Positions 17,152-26,714 of a stretch of DNA of 64,000 nucleotides are shown piece after piece. A program made the position numbers and the translations under genes. The DNA lies in the NCBI GenBank assembly GCA_963750385.1, contig CAVVQJ010000003.1, positions 16,831 to 80,830 on the forward strand, given 5' to 3'. Numbering within the stretch: the first letter of the stretch is position 1; every line of letters starts with the position of its first letter. Under the pieces are notes generated by a model. The model ran no database searches and was not told the DNA's origin. It saw only the letters and a list, made by a program, of their open reading frames with translations. Source of the stretch: an uncultured Alphaproteobacteria bacterium. GTDB taxonomy: Bacteria; Pseudomonadota; Alphaproteobacteria; Sphingomonadales; Sphingomonadaceae.

Positions 17152-17979
17152 CTAGTCGGGGATTGCGCGCTGGTAAGGGGGAATCGGCTGCAGCACGGTG
17201 TAGCGCTCCTTCATCGGCGGGGTTGGGATGGGCGGCCAGGGAATATCGGTAATCGGCAGATTCGTGTCCGGCAGCCTGTCGAGAAAATCGCGCAGCAAGG
17301 TAAGCCGTCCGATCGGCTGGTCATTGAAGTCGATGAGCGTCCAAGGTGCCCAGTCGGTATGGGTCGCAGCAAGCATCTGTTCGCGCGCGTCAGTGTAGGC
17401 CTCGTAGCGGGTACGTGATTCGATATCGATAGGGGAAAGCTTCCAACGTCGCCTGGGGTTTTGGAGCCGGTTCTGGAAGCGCTCCTCCTGCTTGTCCTGG
17501 TCGACGCACAGCCAATATTTGAACAGGAAAATGCCGTCGTCGACCAGGTGCCGCTCAAACTCTGGCGCCGCTTTCAGGAAAGCTGCCGTATCGGCTTCGC
17601 TGCAATAGCCCATCACCTTTTCGACGCCGGCGCGGTTGTACCAGCTGCGGTCGAACAGCGTCAGTTCGCCCCGGGTCGGCAGATGCTCCATGTAGCGCTG
17701 GAAATACCATTGGCCGCTTTCGCGCTCCGACGGGGCGGCGAGGGCGACAACCTTGCATTGGCGCGGATTGAGCGTTCGGGAGAAGACATCGATCGAACCG
17801 CCCTTGCCGGCGGTGTCGCGGCCCTCGAACACGATGACAACCCGCTGGTTGGTTTCCTGGATCCAGCGCGCTGCGTCGCTCAGTTCCTTGGTGAGCGGCT
17901 TGAGCAGCTCTTCATACTGGTCCCAGCTCAGTACCGACGTTCCGCTCATGCTCGCACTCCCAGCGGCGGAGAGTGGCAT
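17152..17979 (-). CDS. ppk2: polyphosphate kinase 2 (PPK2)
   Basis: [16 protein letters not shown] (Walker A), [23 protein letters not shown]. Classic single-domain PPK2. Confidence 0.9.
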   Translation of the reverse strand: MPLSAAGSASMSGTSVLSWDQYEELLKPLTKELSDAARWIQETNQRVVIVFEGRDTAGKGGSIDVFSRTLNPRQCKVVALAAPSERESGQWYFQRYMEHLPTRGELTLFDRSWYNRAGVEKVMGYCSEADTAAFLKAAPEFERHLVDDGIFLFKYWLCVDQDKQEERFQNRLQNPRRRWKLSPIDIESRTRYEAYTDAREQMLAATHTDWAPWTLIDFNDQPIGRLTLLRDFLDRLPDTNLPITDIPWPPIPTPPMKERYTVLQPIPPYQRAIPD

Positions 17980-18000
17980 TGTGAAGGCGGCGAGACAAGA

Positions 18001-18026
18001 AGGGCCGATGCTTTCGCACCGGCCCT
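18001..18026 (-). terminator. possible terminator after rplA
   Basis: Hairpin AGGGCCG-atgctttcgcac-CGGCCCT. In minus orientation it is followed by TCTTGTCT, a weak T tract. Confidence 0.4.
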
Positions 18027-18053
18027 ATTGCTTGGCGATGATGCCGCTGGGGA

Positions 18054-18752
18054 TCAGGCGCCGGCGACTTCGGCCGTGTCGATCTTGACGCCGGGGCCCA
18101 TCGAAGAACTCAGCGAGACCTTCTTGACGAACTTGCCCTTGGCACCGGTCGGCTTTGCCTTGACGATGGCGTCGACGAAGGCATCGAAATTCGCCTTGAG
18201 GTCGCCCTCGGGGAAGCTCGCCTTGCCGATGCCGGCGTGGATGATCCCCGCCTTCTCAACCCGGAACTCGACCTGGCCGGACTTGGCATCCTTGACCGCC
18301 TGGCCGACGTTCGGGGTGACCGTGCCCAGCTTCGGGTTGGGCATCAGGCCCTTGGGGCCCAGTACCTTGCCGAGGCGTCCGACGACGCCCATCATGTCGG
18401 GCGTGGCGATGACCCGATCGAAGTCCGATTGGCCGCCCTGAATGGCTTCCATCAAATCCTCGGCACCGACGATCTCTGCGCCCGCCTTCTTGGCTTCCTC
18501 GGCCTTGTCGCCGCGCGCGAATACCGCGACGCGGACGTCCTTGCCGGTGCCCTTGGGCAGGTTGACGACGCCGCGGACCATCTGGTCGGCGTGGCGCGGG
18601 TCGACACCCAGGTTGATCGCGACCTCGACGGTCTCATCGAACTTGGAAGTCGCAAGCGACTTTACCAGCCCAATTGCCTCATCGACGGCATAGAGCTTCA
18701 TCGGCTCGACCTTGCCCTCGAGGGCCTTCTGCTTCTTGGTCAGCTTGGCCAT
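18054..18752 (-). CDS. rplA: 50S ribosomal protein L1
   Basis: [21 protein letters not shown]...[13 protein letters not shown]... Confidence 0.97.
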   Translation of the reverse strand: MAKLTKKQKALEGKVEPMKLYAVDEAIGLVKSLATSKFDETVEVAINLGVDPRHADQMVRGVVNLPKGTGKDVRVAVFARGDKAEEAKKAGAEIVGAEDLMEAIQGGQSDFDRVIATPDMMGVVGRLGKVLGPKGLMPNPKLGTVTPNVGQAVKDAKSGQVEFRVEKAGIIHAGIGKASFPEGDLKANFDAFVDAIVKAKPTGAKGKFVKKVSLSSSMGPGVKIDTAEVAGA

Positions 18753-18756
18753 CGGA

Positions 18757-19188
18757 TCAGCCCTCCACAACTTGAAGGCCCATCGCGCGAGCGGAGCCTT
18801 CGATAATCTTCGTCGCGGCCTCGATGTCGTTGGCGTTGAGATCCTTCATCTTGGCCTCGGCGATCTGGGCCAGCTGCGAGCGGCGGATTGTTCCGGCCGA
18901 AACCTTGCCCGGCTCCTTCGAGCCCGACTTGAGCTTGGCGGCCTTCTTCAAGAGGAAGCTCGCCGGCGGCGTCTTGGTGGTGAAGGAGAAGCTGCGGTCC
19001 GCATAGACGGTGATCACCGTCGGGATCGGCGCGGCCTTTTCAAGGTCCTGCGTCGCGGCGTTGAACGCCTTGCAGAATTCCATGATGTTGACGCCGCGCT
19101 GACCCAGCGCGGGGCCGATCGGCGGAGAGGGATTGGCGATGCCAGCGGGCACCTGGAGCTTGATGTAGCCCGTAATTTTCTTTGCCAT
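18757..19188 (-). CDS. rplK: 50S ribosomal protein L11
   Basis: [43 protein letters not shown]... Confidence 0.97.
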   Translation of the reverse strand: MAKKITGYIKLQVPAGIANPSPPIGPALGQRGVNIMEFCKAFNAATQDLEKAAPIPTVITVYADRSFSFTTKTPPASFLLKKAAKLKSGSKEPGKVSAGTIRRSQLAQIAEAKMKDLNANDIEAATKIIEGSARAMGLQVVEG

Positions 19189-19595
19189 TTTTCTCACTCT
19201 GTAGTGGGTCGCGGCAAAGCCGCTTCCCGTTCAAGTTTAGCGGTCCAGACGGACGCCCGAAGGCGGCCTCCCGCAATCCAAACATATTGTCGGAAGCGCG
19301 GGCCTTTAACAGAAAGCCTCTCAAGTTCAAGTCTTGGCTGGCAGTCCAGGGCCGCGTTCGATGAGCGACGACGTGCCGGAACCAGGTCGCGGCGTAAACG
19401 AGATGGCATGCAACTTTGCGATCCTCGGCCCGCGTCCAATTTCATGGGCTGACCTTTGCGCGGGCGAGGGGACTTAGGACTAAGATTTTCTAGCTGACCC
19501 AGGGAAAATCGGGGTGAGGTATTAGGGGTTTGGGGCTGGTGGCTGAACCTTGGCGTTCCGCTGGCGTTGATAGCGCGATCGAACCGGAGGTAGGC

Positions 19596-20057
19596 ATGGC
19601 CCAGTTAAAGCTAGAAGAAATCAGTGAGAAAATGCGCGATATCGATTTCGCCATATTGTCGACGCGGAGCGAAGGCGGGTCAGTCGCGGGGCGACCGATG
19701 AGCAACAATCGTGACGTTGAGTTCGATGGCGACAGCTACTTCTTTACCTGCGACGATGCGCGAAGCGTGGCGGACATCCGTCGCGATCCCAATGTCGGAT
19801 TGGGGTACCAGTCCAAGTCAGGGATGCTGGGAATGAAACCCTTTTTCGTGACGGTTGAAGGGCGGGCCAGCCTGATCCAGGACAAGGCGAAATTCGCCGA
19901 ACATTGGACCAAGGACCTCGAGTCCTGGTTCAAGGACGGTATCCACACCCCTGGGCTCACGCTGATCCGGGTGGAGGCGGAACGGCTGCACTATTGGGAT
20001 GGCTATGAGGAAGGCGAGCTCGATCTTTCCAAGCGCGAGGCGATGGCCAACTCCTGA
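19596..20057 (+). CDS. pyridoxamine 5'-phosphate oxidase-like / general stress protein 26 family
   Basis: MAQLKLEEISEKMRDIDFAILSTRSEGGSVAGRPMS...FTCDDARSVADIRRDPNV...HYWDG, with GGAGG upstream. Confidence 0.7.
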   Translation: MAQLKLEEISEKMRDIDFAILSTRSEGGSVAGRPMSNNRDVEFDGDSYFFTCDDARSVADIRRDPNVGLGYQSKSGMLGMKPFFVTVEGRASLIQDKAKFAEHWTKDLESWFKDGIHTPGLTLIRVEAERLHYWDGYEEGELDLSKREAMANS

Positions 20058-20221
20058 CACTGTGCTAGATACTTCTCGCAATTTGAGGAATGTCATGCCA
20101 GCCGATCACCGGCAACTGCTGGATCATCTCGATTTGCCGTACTGCGTTGAACCGGGAAGTGCTTGTGCGGAGTAGCGCGGCGCCCTCCAAGAAATGAAAC
20201 GCTGTCCACAAGGAGATTGAA

Positions 20222-20722
20222 GTGGCGACCGCCGAGACCGCGCCTTCCGCCCTGAAGCTTTCCTTGCTCACGATTCCCGCCATCCTGGGCATGGGTTTTC
20301 TGATGGGCCAGTTGTCCAACTCGGGCTTTGGCAATTCCTGGTTCGATACGCTTCGAAAGCCGACGCTGATGCCGCCGGGCTGGCTGTTCGGAGCAGCATG
20401 GTCATTTCTCTATATTTTGTTGGGCGTTGCGATCGCGCTGATCATTTCTTCGCCCAAATCGAGCGCCCGGTCGGCCGCGATTGTCCTGTTCTCGTTGCAG
20501 CTGACCTTGAATTTCGCCTGGTCACCGATTTTCTTCGGCTTGCATGAGGCGCGCATGGCGCTCCTGGTCATCCTGGCAATGCTGGGGCTGTCCATCGCCA
20601 CGACCGCGATGTTCGCCAAATCAAGACCGCTCTCGGCTTGGCTGATGGCGCCCTATCTCGCTTGGTTGAGTTTCGCGAGCTTCCTCAATTACGAGATCAT
20701 CCGCCTCAATCCTGCGGCCTGA
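20222..20722 (+). CDS. tspO: TspO/MBR tryptophan-rich sensory protein
   Basis: Five TM segments; WFDTLRKPTLMPPGWLFGAAWSFLY...LNFAWSPIFFG...APYLAWLSFASFLN. GTG start. Confidence 0.85.
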   Translation: MATAETAPSALKLSLLTIPAILGMGFLMGQLSNSGFGNSWFDTLRKPTLMPPGWLFGAAWSFLYILLGVAIALIISSPKSSARSAAIVLFSLQLTLNFAWSPIFFGLHEARMALLVILAMLGLSIATTAMFAKSRPLSAWLMAPYLAWLSFASFLNYEIIRLNPAA

Positions 20723-20876
20723 CATTGGCCTAGATACCGCCGCGTTTTGAAGGCTCGACTCTCGCGGGCAACGAATAAGCCCAGAAACCAATCGGCCTCC
20801 GCGCCCCTATGATTTTAACAAGCGCGATCGTCAGTCACCGAGGCCGGCATGCAGTAGTCCGCGCGGCCGGCCCGGT

Positions 20877-21413
20877 CTATTTGACGCGTTCGACCTGCTC
20901 GAACTCGAGCTCAACCGGGGTGGCGCGCCCGAAGATCGAGACGCTGACCTTGACGCGTGACCGGTCGAAGTCGAGTTCTTCGACTACGCCGTTGAAGCTG
21001 GCAAAGGGGCCGTCGAGCACCTTGACCGCATCGCCGATCTCATAATCGACCTTGACCTTCTGCTTGGGCGCTGCGGCGGCTTCTTCCTTGGTGTCGAGCA
21101 TTCGCGCTGCCTGCGCGTCGGGGATCGCCTGTGGTTTGCCGTTGGGGCCGAGGAAGCCGGTCACCTTGGGTGTATTCTTGACCAGGTGATAGACGTCGTC
21201 GTTCATGCCCAACTTGGCGAGCACATAGCCGGGCATGAACTTGCGTTCCGACTGGACCTTCTTCCCGCGCTTGATCTCGGTCACGGTTTCGGTCGGAACT
21301 TCGACCGCCTCGACCAGGCTTTCGAGCCCGAGGCGCTTGGCTTCGCTCAGGATCGCTTCGCGAACCTTGTTCTCGAATCCGGAATAGGCGTGGATGATGT
21401 ACCAGCGGGACAT
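20877..21413 (-). CDS. nusG: transcription termination/antitermination factor NusG
   Basis: MSRWYIIHAYSGFENKV...MPGYVLAK...GDAVKVLDGPFASFNGVVEE... Confidence 0.97.
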   Translation of the reverse strand: MSRWYIIHAYSGFENKVREAILSEAKRLGLESLVEAVEVPTETVTEIKRGKKVQSERKFMPGYVLAKLGMNDDVYHLVKNTPKVTGFLGPNGKPQAIPDAQAARMLDTKEEAAAAPKQKVKVDYEIGDAVKVLDGPFASFNGVVEELDFDRSRVKVSVSIFGRATPVELEFEQVERVK

Positions 21414-21432
21414 GGCGATCCTTGAAAGTTTT

Positions 21433-21630
21433 TTAGCCGAGCAGGCCGAGCAGGAATTTGACGATTGCGCTGAACCCCGAATCGACCGCGAAGAAGAATA
21501 CCGCGAGCAGCGTCGTCATGATCATGACCATGATCGCCGTCGTGCGGGTCTCTTTCATGGACGGCCATACGACCTTGCTGCCTTCGGCACGCACTTGCCG
21601 GATGAATTCGCCGGGAGAAACCTTTGCCAC
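21433..21630 (-). CDS. secE: preprotein translocase subunit SecE
   Basis: (V)AKVSPGEFIRQVRAEGSKVVWPSMKETRTTAIMVMIMTTLLAVFF. A GTG at 21630 has an AGGA upstream. The ORF-track start at 21654 has no RBS. Confidence 0.85.
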   Translation of the reverse strand: MAKVSPGEFIRQVRAEGSKVVWPSMKETRTTAIMVMIMTTLLAVFFFAVDSGFSAIVKFLLGLLG

Positions 21631-21914
21631 GTCGCGTCTAGTCCTGTTCAGCATATGGGGCGGTTGGAGATAGGCCCCTTACCCCGCTCCGGCCGGGCCG
21701 GGAGGGGAAGGCTTCGCTGCCATGTCCGCATGGGCTGGCGACTTAGCGAGGGGGCGGGGGGTTTGCAAGATGGGATGAACGCCGCTGGGGGCAGCCGGCC
21801 AAGCAGATTTCGTAGCTCCCGTCGCCGCCATGCGCGCTAGCCGGCCTTCAGGGCATTTTCGCGCCGCTGACTATTGCGGAGCAATCGCTTCGCTGCGCGC
21901 GGCGTTTCAGGACA

Positions 21915-21990
21915 TGGCAGGGGCAGGGGGACTCGAACCCACGACCCTCGGTTTTGGAGACCGATGCTCTACCAACTGAGCTATACCCCT
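21915..21990 (-). tRNA. trnW: tRNA-Trp (anticodon CCA)
   Basis: The reverse complement reads AGGGGTATAGCTCAGTTGGTAGAGCATCGGTCTCCAAAACCGAGGGTCGTGGGTTCGAGTCCCCCTGCCCCTGCCA. It folds as a cloverleaf with anticodon loop CT-CCA-AA and an encoded CCA end. It sits in the canonical position upstream of secE. Confidence 0.95.
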
Positions 21991-22097
21991 AGCGGGACCC
22001 CATGAAAGTCCTACCTTCGCGGGAACCCTAGGCCTGTCCTGAGCCCTTCAAAGGGCCGCCGCGCGAGTTAGCTGCGGGCAGCCGTGTTCGCAAGCCT

Positions 22098-23903
22098 TTA
22101 GGCCGCGACGTCGAACGGTTGAATCTCACCGCTCAAGTAAAGGTTGCGGGCCTTGGTCCGCGATAGTTTGCCCGACGAGGTGCGCGGCAGAGTGCGCGGC
22201 GGGATCAGTTCGACGACCGGAGAGATGCCGGTGATCGCGCGGACCCGCTCGCGGATGTCATCGCGCAGCTTGCCGCGTTCGTCGGGATCGCTGACCCGGC
22301 AATGGACCAACACGGCCGGCGTTTCCTCGCCGCTGGGGCCGGTGATGGCGAAGGCCGCGATGTCGCCGGATTTGAAGCCGGGTAGCTGCTCGACCGCCCA
22401 TTCGATGTCTTGCGGCCAGTGGTTGCGGCCGTTGATGATGATCATGTCCTTGGCGCGGCCGACGATGAAAATGTAGCCGTTCGACATATACCCCATGTCG
22501 CCCGTGTCGAGCCAACCGTCGACCATGCAGGCCGCGGTCAACTCCGGGTCACGGAAATATCCGGCCATGACGCTTGCGCCGCGAACCCACACCTTGCCGA
22601 TCGAGCGGTCCGCGAGGATTTCGCCGTCGGGTCCTCGAATTTCGATCTCCATTCCTTCGACCGCCCGGCCGCAGTTGACGATCGCGCGATAGCGGCGCGG
22701 GCGCTCCTGAGCCGGAGTGCCGACCCCGGATAATTCGCTTTCCTCGACCAGTTCCAGCCGGATGCCTTCGCCCGGAGGCATGATCGATACCGCAAGAGTG
22801 GCTTCGGCGAGGCCATAGCTGGGGCAGAAGCTGGATGCTTTGAAGCCAGCATCGGCGAAGCTGTCGACGAATGCCTGCATCACGTCGGGGCGAATCATGT
22901 CGGCGCCATTGCCGGCGATGCGCCAGCGCGAAAGGTCGAACCGGTCGGCCGCCTTGGTCTGCGAGCTCATCCTTCGCGAGCAAATGTCATAACCGAAGGT
23001 CGGGGAATAGGAGAGGGTGGTGCCCGGGTTGCGGCTGACCAGGTCAAGCCATGCCAACGGCCGGCGCGCAAAATCCTCGGTCTTCAGATAATCGACGCTA
23101 AGCTGGTTGGCGACGGGCGAGAGCATGCAGCCGACCAGCCCCATGTCATGGTACCAGGGCAGCCAACTGACGACTCGATCGGTGTCCTGCACCTCGACAC
23201 CGATGCCGTGCGCGCGAAGATTGTCGAGAAGTGCGCGATGGGTGACGGCGACGCCGTGGGGGAAGCGGGTCGATCCGCTGGAATATTGGAGGTAGCCGAT
23301 GTCGTCGGAATGCGATTCCGGCAGTTCCGCATCGACCGGCTCAATCTCAACCAGTCGGTCCCAATCGCGGGCGGGGATGCCAAGCTTGTCCGCCGCCGCC
23401 ATGCCATATTCGGCCAGTTCGGGCGGGAAGAGGAAAAACTGGGGATCGCTACTGGTGAGCATTACGAGCAACTGATCGACATAGGCGTCACGGCCCCCGA
23501 AACTGGTCGGCAGGGGAAGCGGCACGGGCCACAGGCCGGCATAGATCGCGCCGAAGAAGCAGGCCGCGAATTCGGGGCCGGTTTCGGCGATCAGCGCAAT
23601 GCGGTCACCCTTGTTAAGCCCCATGGCGATGAAGCGGCGCGCGTGGCTCAGCGCATCCTCGCGCAGTTCGGAGTAGGGGTAGGAACGCAGCAGCGTCGCG
23701 CGCGCATCGTGGAAATTCATTCCGCGGTGGCCTTCAGCGGCGTAATCGAGCGCCTCACCCAGCGTGGCGAAGTCGGCGATACGGCGCGGCTGGGGGTCGA
23801 GGGTCGGGGTATAGCCCGGCACGGTTAGGCTGGCGTCGATCGTGTCATTGCGGTCGAGCACGCGGGAAATTCCTGTCCTATGGTTCATCGCCCGGCCTGC
23901 CAC
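22098..23903 (-). CDS. fatty acyl-AMP ligase / AMP-dependent synthetase family
   Basis: 601 aa; IGYLQYSSGSTRFPHGV (AMP-binding motif), WLPWYHDMGL, SYGLAEATLAV, TGDMGY. This is a FAAL-type architecture. The start may be at 23888. Confidence 0.85.
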   Translation of the reverse strand: MAGRAMNHRTGISRVLDRNDTIDASLTVPGYTPTLDPQPRRIADFATLGEALDYAAEGHRGMNFHDARATLLRSYPYSELREDALSHARRFIAMGLNKGDRIALIAETGPEFAACFFGAIYAGLWPVPLPLPTSFGGRDAYVDQLLVMLTSSDPQFFLFPPELAEYGMAAADKLGIPARDWDRLVEIEPVDAELPESHSDDIGYLQYSSGSTRFPHGVAVTHRALLDNLRAHGIGVEVQDTDRVVSWLPWYHDMGLVGCMLSPVANQLSVDYLKTEDFARRPLAWLDLVSRNPGTTLSYSPTFGYDICSRRMSSQTKAADRFDLSRWRIAGNGADMIRPDVMQAFVDSFADAGFKASSFCPSYGLAEATLAVSIMPPGEGIRLELVEESELSGVGTPAQERPRRYRAIVNCGRAVEGMEIEIRGPDGEILADRSIGKVWVRGASVMAGYFRDPELTAACMVDGWLDTGDMGYMSNGYIFIVGRAKDMIIINGRNHWPQDIEWAVEQLPGFKSGDIAAFAITGPSGEETPAVLVHCRVSDPDERGKLRDDIRERVRAITGISPVVELIPPRTLPRTSSGKLSRTKARNLYLSGEIQPFDVAA

Positions 23904-23966
23904 GCGCCGGAAGGCCCGCGCTGGGTCGGGCCCTTTTGCCTGATGGTGGGGGACTGTGGCACAAAC

Positions 23967-24522
23967 ATGGCCATGGCCAACCGCGCCCCTCGCAAATCAC
24001 TTCCGCCGATTGATGCCGCACGGCTCAACGAAATGGCCCTGAGCTATGTTGGAAGGTTCGCGACGAGCAGGTCCAAATTGCTGTCTTACCTGAAGCGCAA
24101 GCTGCGCGAACGTGGGTGGGACGGCGCTGACGAGCCTGACCTTACGGCACTGACCGACCGTCTGGTCCGGCTCGGCTATGTCGACGACCGCGCCTATGCG
24201 ATGTCGAAGGCGCGCTCGCTGACGTCGAGGGGCTATGGTGAAGCGCCGCGTGCGCCAGGCGCTGATGGTGGCGGGCATTGGAGAGGACGAGGGCGCCGAG
24301 GCCCGGTCGCTGGCCGAAACGGAGGCCGTCGCGGCCGCCTTGCGGTTCGCGCGGCGCCGACTGCTCGGCCCGTTCGCGATGGCCGCTCCTGATCCCAAAG
24401 CCCGGCAGAAGGCGCTCGCAGCGATGGTTCGGGCTGGGCATCGGTTCACGCTGGCCCAAGCGATCATCGACCGGCAGCCTGGCTCGGACATCGATATCGA
24501 GAGTTTCGCCGATTCATGTTAA
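23967..24522 (+). CDS. recX: recombination regulator RecX (one frameshift near 24238)
   Basis: MAMANRAPRKSLPPIDAARLNEMALSYVGRFATSRSKLLSYLKRKLRERGW...SRGYG lies in one frame. It continues as KRRVRQALMVAGIGEDEG...RAGHRFTLAQAII in ORF 24235..24522. Confidence 0.8.
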
Positions 24523-24575
24523 TTTGCCAGTTAATGTCGGTTTCACGACACAGCGGACCGTGATAAGCAGCGGGA

Positions 24576-25172
24576 GTGCAGCGTTTGAGTGCCGAAACGA
24601 CTCAGGAGGGATTAGCGGACGGGATGATCTCCACGGCCGATGAATCGATTCCTGATGGTCAGCATTGCACGGGACGGGTCAAATGGTTTGACGCGACCCG
24701 CGGATTCGGCTTCCTCGTTTCCGAGGACTGCGAAGGCGACATATTGATTCACTTCAGCGTGTTGAAGGATCATGGCCGCCGCTCGCTGCCCGAAGGTGCA
24801 ACCGTGGAATGCATCGCGGCGCATCAGGATCGCGGCTTCCAGGCGCGCAAGATCCTGTCCATCGACCTCTCGACCGCCTTGCCAATGCCGGCCCGGCCGG
24901 TTCATGCATCACCGGGTGAGCGCGCGGACCGCAAGGCGCTGGCCGAGGCCGCGGGCGAGTATGAGTTGGTGGAGGTCAAATGGTTCAATCGCGTCAAGGG
25001 CTACGGATTCCTCAACCGGGCGGGCGAGGGCGACGATGGCGAGGACATTTTCGTTCATATGGAGACGGTTCGGCAATCGGAAATCCTGGACTTGCAGCCG
25101 GGGCAACAGCTGGAAGCACGGATCGCGGAAGGCCGGAAAGGCCTGACTGCGGTCGACCTTCGCGAAGTCTGA
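24576..25172 (+). CDS. cold-shock protein with two CSD domains
   Basis: GRVKWFDATRGFGFLVSE and VEVKWFNRVKGYGFLNR give two RNP-1-like motifs. The start is the GTG at 24576 or the ATG at 24624. Confidence 0.85.
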   Translation: MQRLSAETTQEGLADGMISTADESIPDGQHCTGRVKWFDATRGFGFLVSEDCEGDILIHFSVLKDHGRRSLPEGATVECIAAHQDRGFQARKILSIDLSTALPMPARPVHASPGERADRKALAEAAGEYELVEVKWFNRVKGYGFLNRAGEGDDGEDIFVHMETVRQSEILDLQPGQQLEARIAEGRKGLTAVDLREV

Positions 25173-25174
25173 TC

Positions 25175-25639
25175 ATTCGGGCGGCCGCGCTTGGGTTGGC
25201 GGCATCGCTTGCCGCTTGTCAGCCCTCGGCGTCCAAGACGGTCGAACTGGGCCCCTCTCCAGCCGGACTGGCCCAGGTCCCGCTGACCGTCACGTCGGGG
25301 GGTCGGACGCATCGCTTCACGGTCGAAGTCGCCCGGACACCCGAGGAACAAGCCACGGGCCTCATGAACCGTTCCGAACTGGCGCCCGATCGCGGCATGA
25401 TCTTCCCCTTCGATCCTCCCCGTCCGGCGAGCTTCTGGATGAAAAATACGCTCATCCCGCTCGACATGATTTTCGTTCGGACGGACGGAACGATCGCCAA
25501 TATCGAAGCCAATGCCGTGCCGCTCTCGCTAGATCCCGTACTGTCCGAAGGGACGGTCAAGGCGGTTCTGGAAATCGCTGGCGGACGCGCTGCGGAGCTG
25601 GCCATCAAGCCCGGCGACAAGGTCGACTGGCAACCGTAG
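25175..25639 (+). CDS. DUF192-family lipoprotein (start uncertain)
   Basis: ...RAAALGLAASLAACQ (lipobox)...RTPEEQATGLMNR...MIFPFD...FWMKNTLIPLDMIF is the DUF192 signature. There is no ATG/GTG/TTG placed to give a signal peptide. The best candidate is ATT at 25175, or the start codon is hit by a sequence error. Confidence 0.6.
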   Translation: MRAAALGLAASLAACQPSASKTVELGPSPAGLAQVPLTVTSGGRTHRFTVEVARTPEEQATGLMNRSELAPDRGMIFPFDPPRPASFWMKNTLIPLDMIFVRTDGTIANIEANAVPLSLDPVLSEGTVKAVLEIAGGRAAELAIKPGDKVDWQP

Positions 25640-25680
25640 CGGGTTGCGTGGACGGCGGCAAAGCGGCAAAGGCGCGCGTC

Positions 25681-26070
25681 ATGGGAATCTTCGCAAATGC
25701 CTTCACCTGGTGGAACGGCGCCTCCTGGGGCACCAGCATCATGTCGCGCCGCAATGGCGAAGAGGTTGGCCGCGATGAGGCGGGGAATATCTATTTCCAA
25801 CACCGCAAGGATCCGCGCCGCCGCTGGGTAATCTACCAGGGGTCGAATGACAGCAGCCGGGTTCCGCCCGGCTGGAACGCCTGGCTGCGAGGGACGATCG
25901 ACGAACTTCCTGCCAAGTCGCTGCCGCAGCGGCGCGCCTGGGAGAAGGCGCCCGAGCCCAATCTCACGGGAACGATGGCTGCCTATCGACCGGGCGGGTC
26001 GCTGGCCGGCCAAGGGCTGCGCCCTGCGGCGACCGGCGATTATGAGGCGTGGAAGCCCGACCAGACGTGA
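25681..26070 (+). CDS. NDUFA12-like (NADH:ubiquinone oxidoreductase 17.2 kDa subunit family) protein
   Basis: MGIFANAFTWWNGASWGT...GNIYFQHR...RRWVIYQG...VPPGWNAWL. Confidence 0.8.
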   Translation: MGIFANAFTWWNGASWGTSIMSRRNGEEVGRDEAGNIYFQHRKDPRRRWVIYQGSNDSSRVPPGWNAWLRGTIDELPAKSLPQRRAWEKAPEPNLTGTMAAYRPGGSLAGQGLRPAATGDYEAWKPDQT

Positions 26071-26714
26071 CAGGGCGGCGCATTCTGCTGGCAATCGGGC
26101 TGTTTGCAACGGCGGCGGGCTGCGATCGTCAGGGTAATGAGTTCGAAGGCAATGAGGCGGTCACGGTCGATGTGCCGAGGGCCACAGGCGATTTGGCGGG
26201 GGTCACCCCAATGGCCGAGCGGGTCGCGGTTCTCGGCCTGCTCAACAAGCGCAACGGGATCGTGCGCGACCTGACGCTCAAGCCGGGACAGGCAATTCGG
26301 GTCAAGGATGTAACGGTTCGGCTGCGCGCTTGCGAAACGACCGCCCCGTGGGAAACCGAAAAGCTGACCGGCGCTTTCGTGCAGATGGACGTCAAGCGGC
26401 CCGACGGGCAGTGGGTCAGACGCTTTTCAGGCTGGCTTTACAAGGAAAGCCCGTCGCTGAACGTCGTCCAGGACGCAGTCTACGATGTCTGGCCCAAGAG
26501 CTGCGCGATGAGCTGGCCCGAAGGTCCGGGTGCGCCAATGGCGCCCTCCGCCTCCAGCAATCGGTCGAGCGCCTCGAACTCGGGTGCGGGCAGCGCCCCT
26601 TCCGAAGAACCGGCCGAACGACCCGCGACCAGCTCCCCACCGGAAGCTGAAACGCCGCCTGCCGAGCCGCTCGTTCCGGTGGGCGACAACGCCGTCGACA
26701 ATAACCCGGCATAG
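26067..26714 (+). CDS. DUF2155-domain lipoprotein with a low-complexity tail
   Basis: GTGA start/stop overlap with the NDUFA12-like gene. LLAIGLFATAAGC lipobox; VAVLGLLNKRNGIVRDLTLKPGQ...VRLRACETTAPWE. The tail overlaps aat on the opposite strand. Confidence 0.65.
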   Translation: MTGRRILLAIGLFATAAGCDRQGNEFEGNEAVTVDVPRATGDLAGVTPMAERVAVLGLLNKRNGIVRDLTLKPGQAIRVKDVTVRLRACETTAPWETEKLTGAFVQMDVKRPDGQWVRRFSGWLYKESPSLNVVQDAVYDVWPKSCAMSWPEGPGAPMAPSASSNRSSASNSGAGSAPSEEPAERPATSSPPEAETPPAEPLVPVGDNAVDNNPA

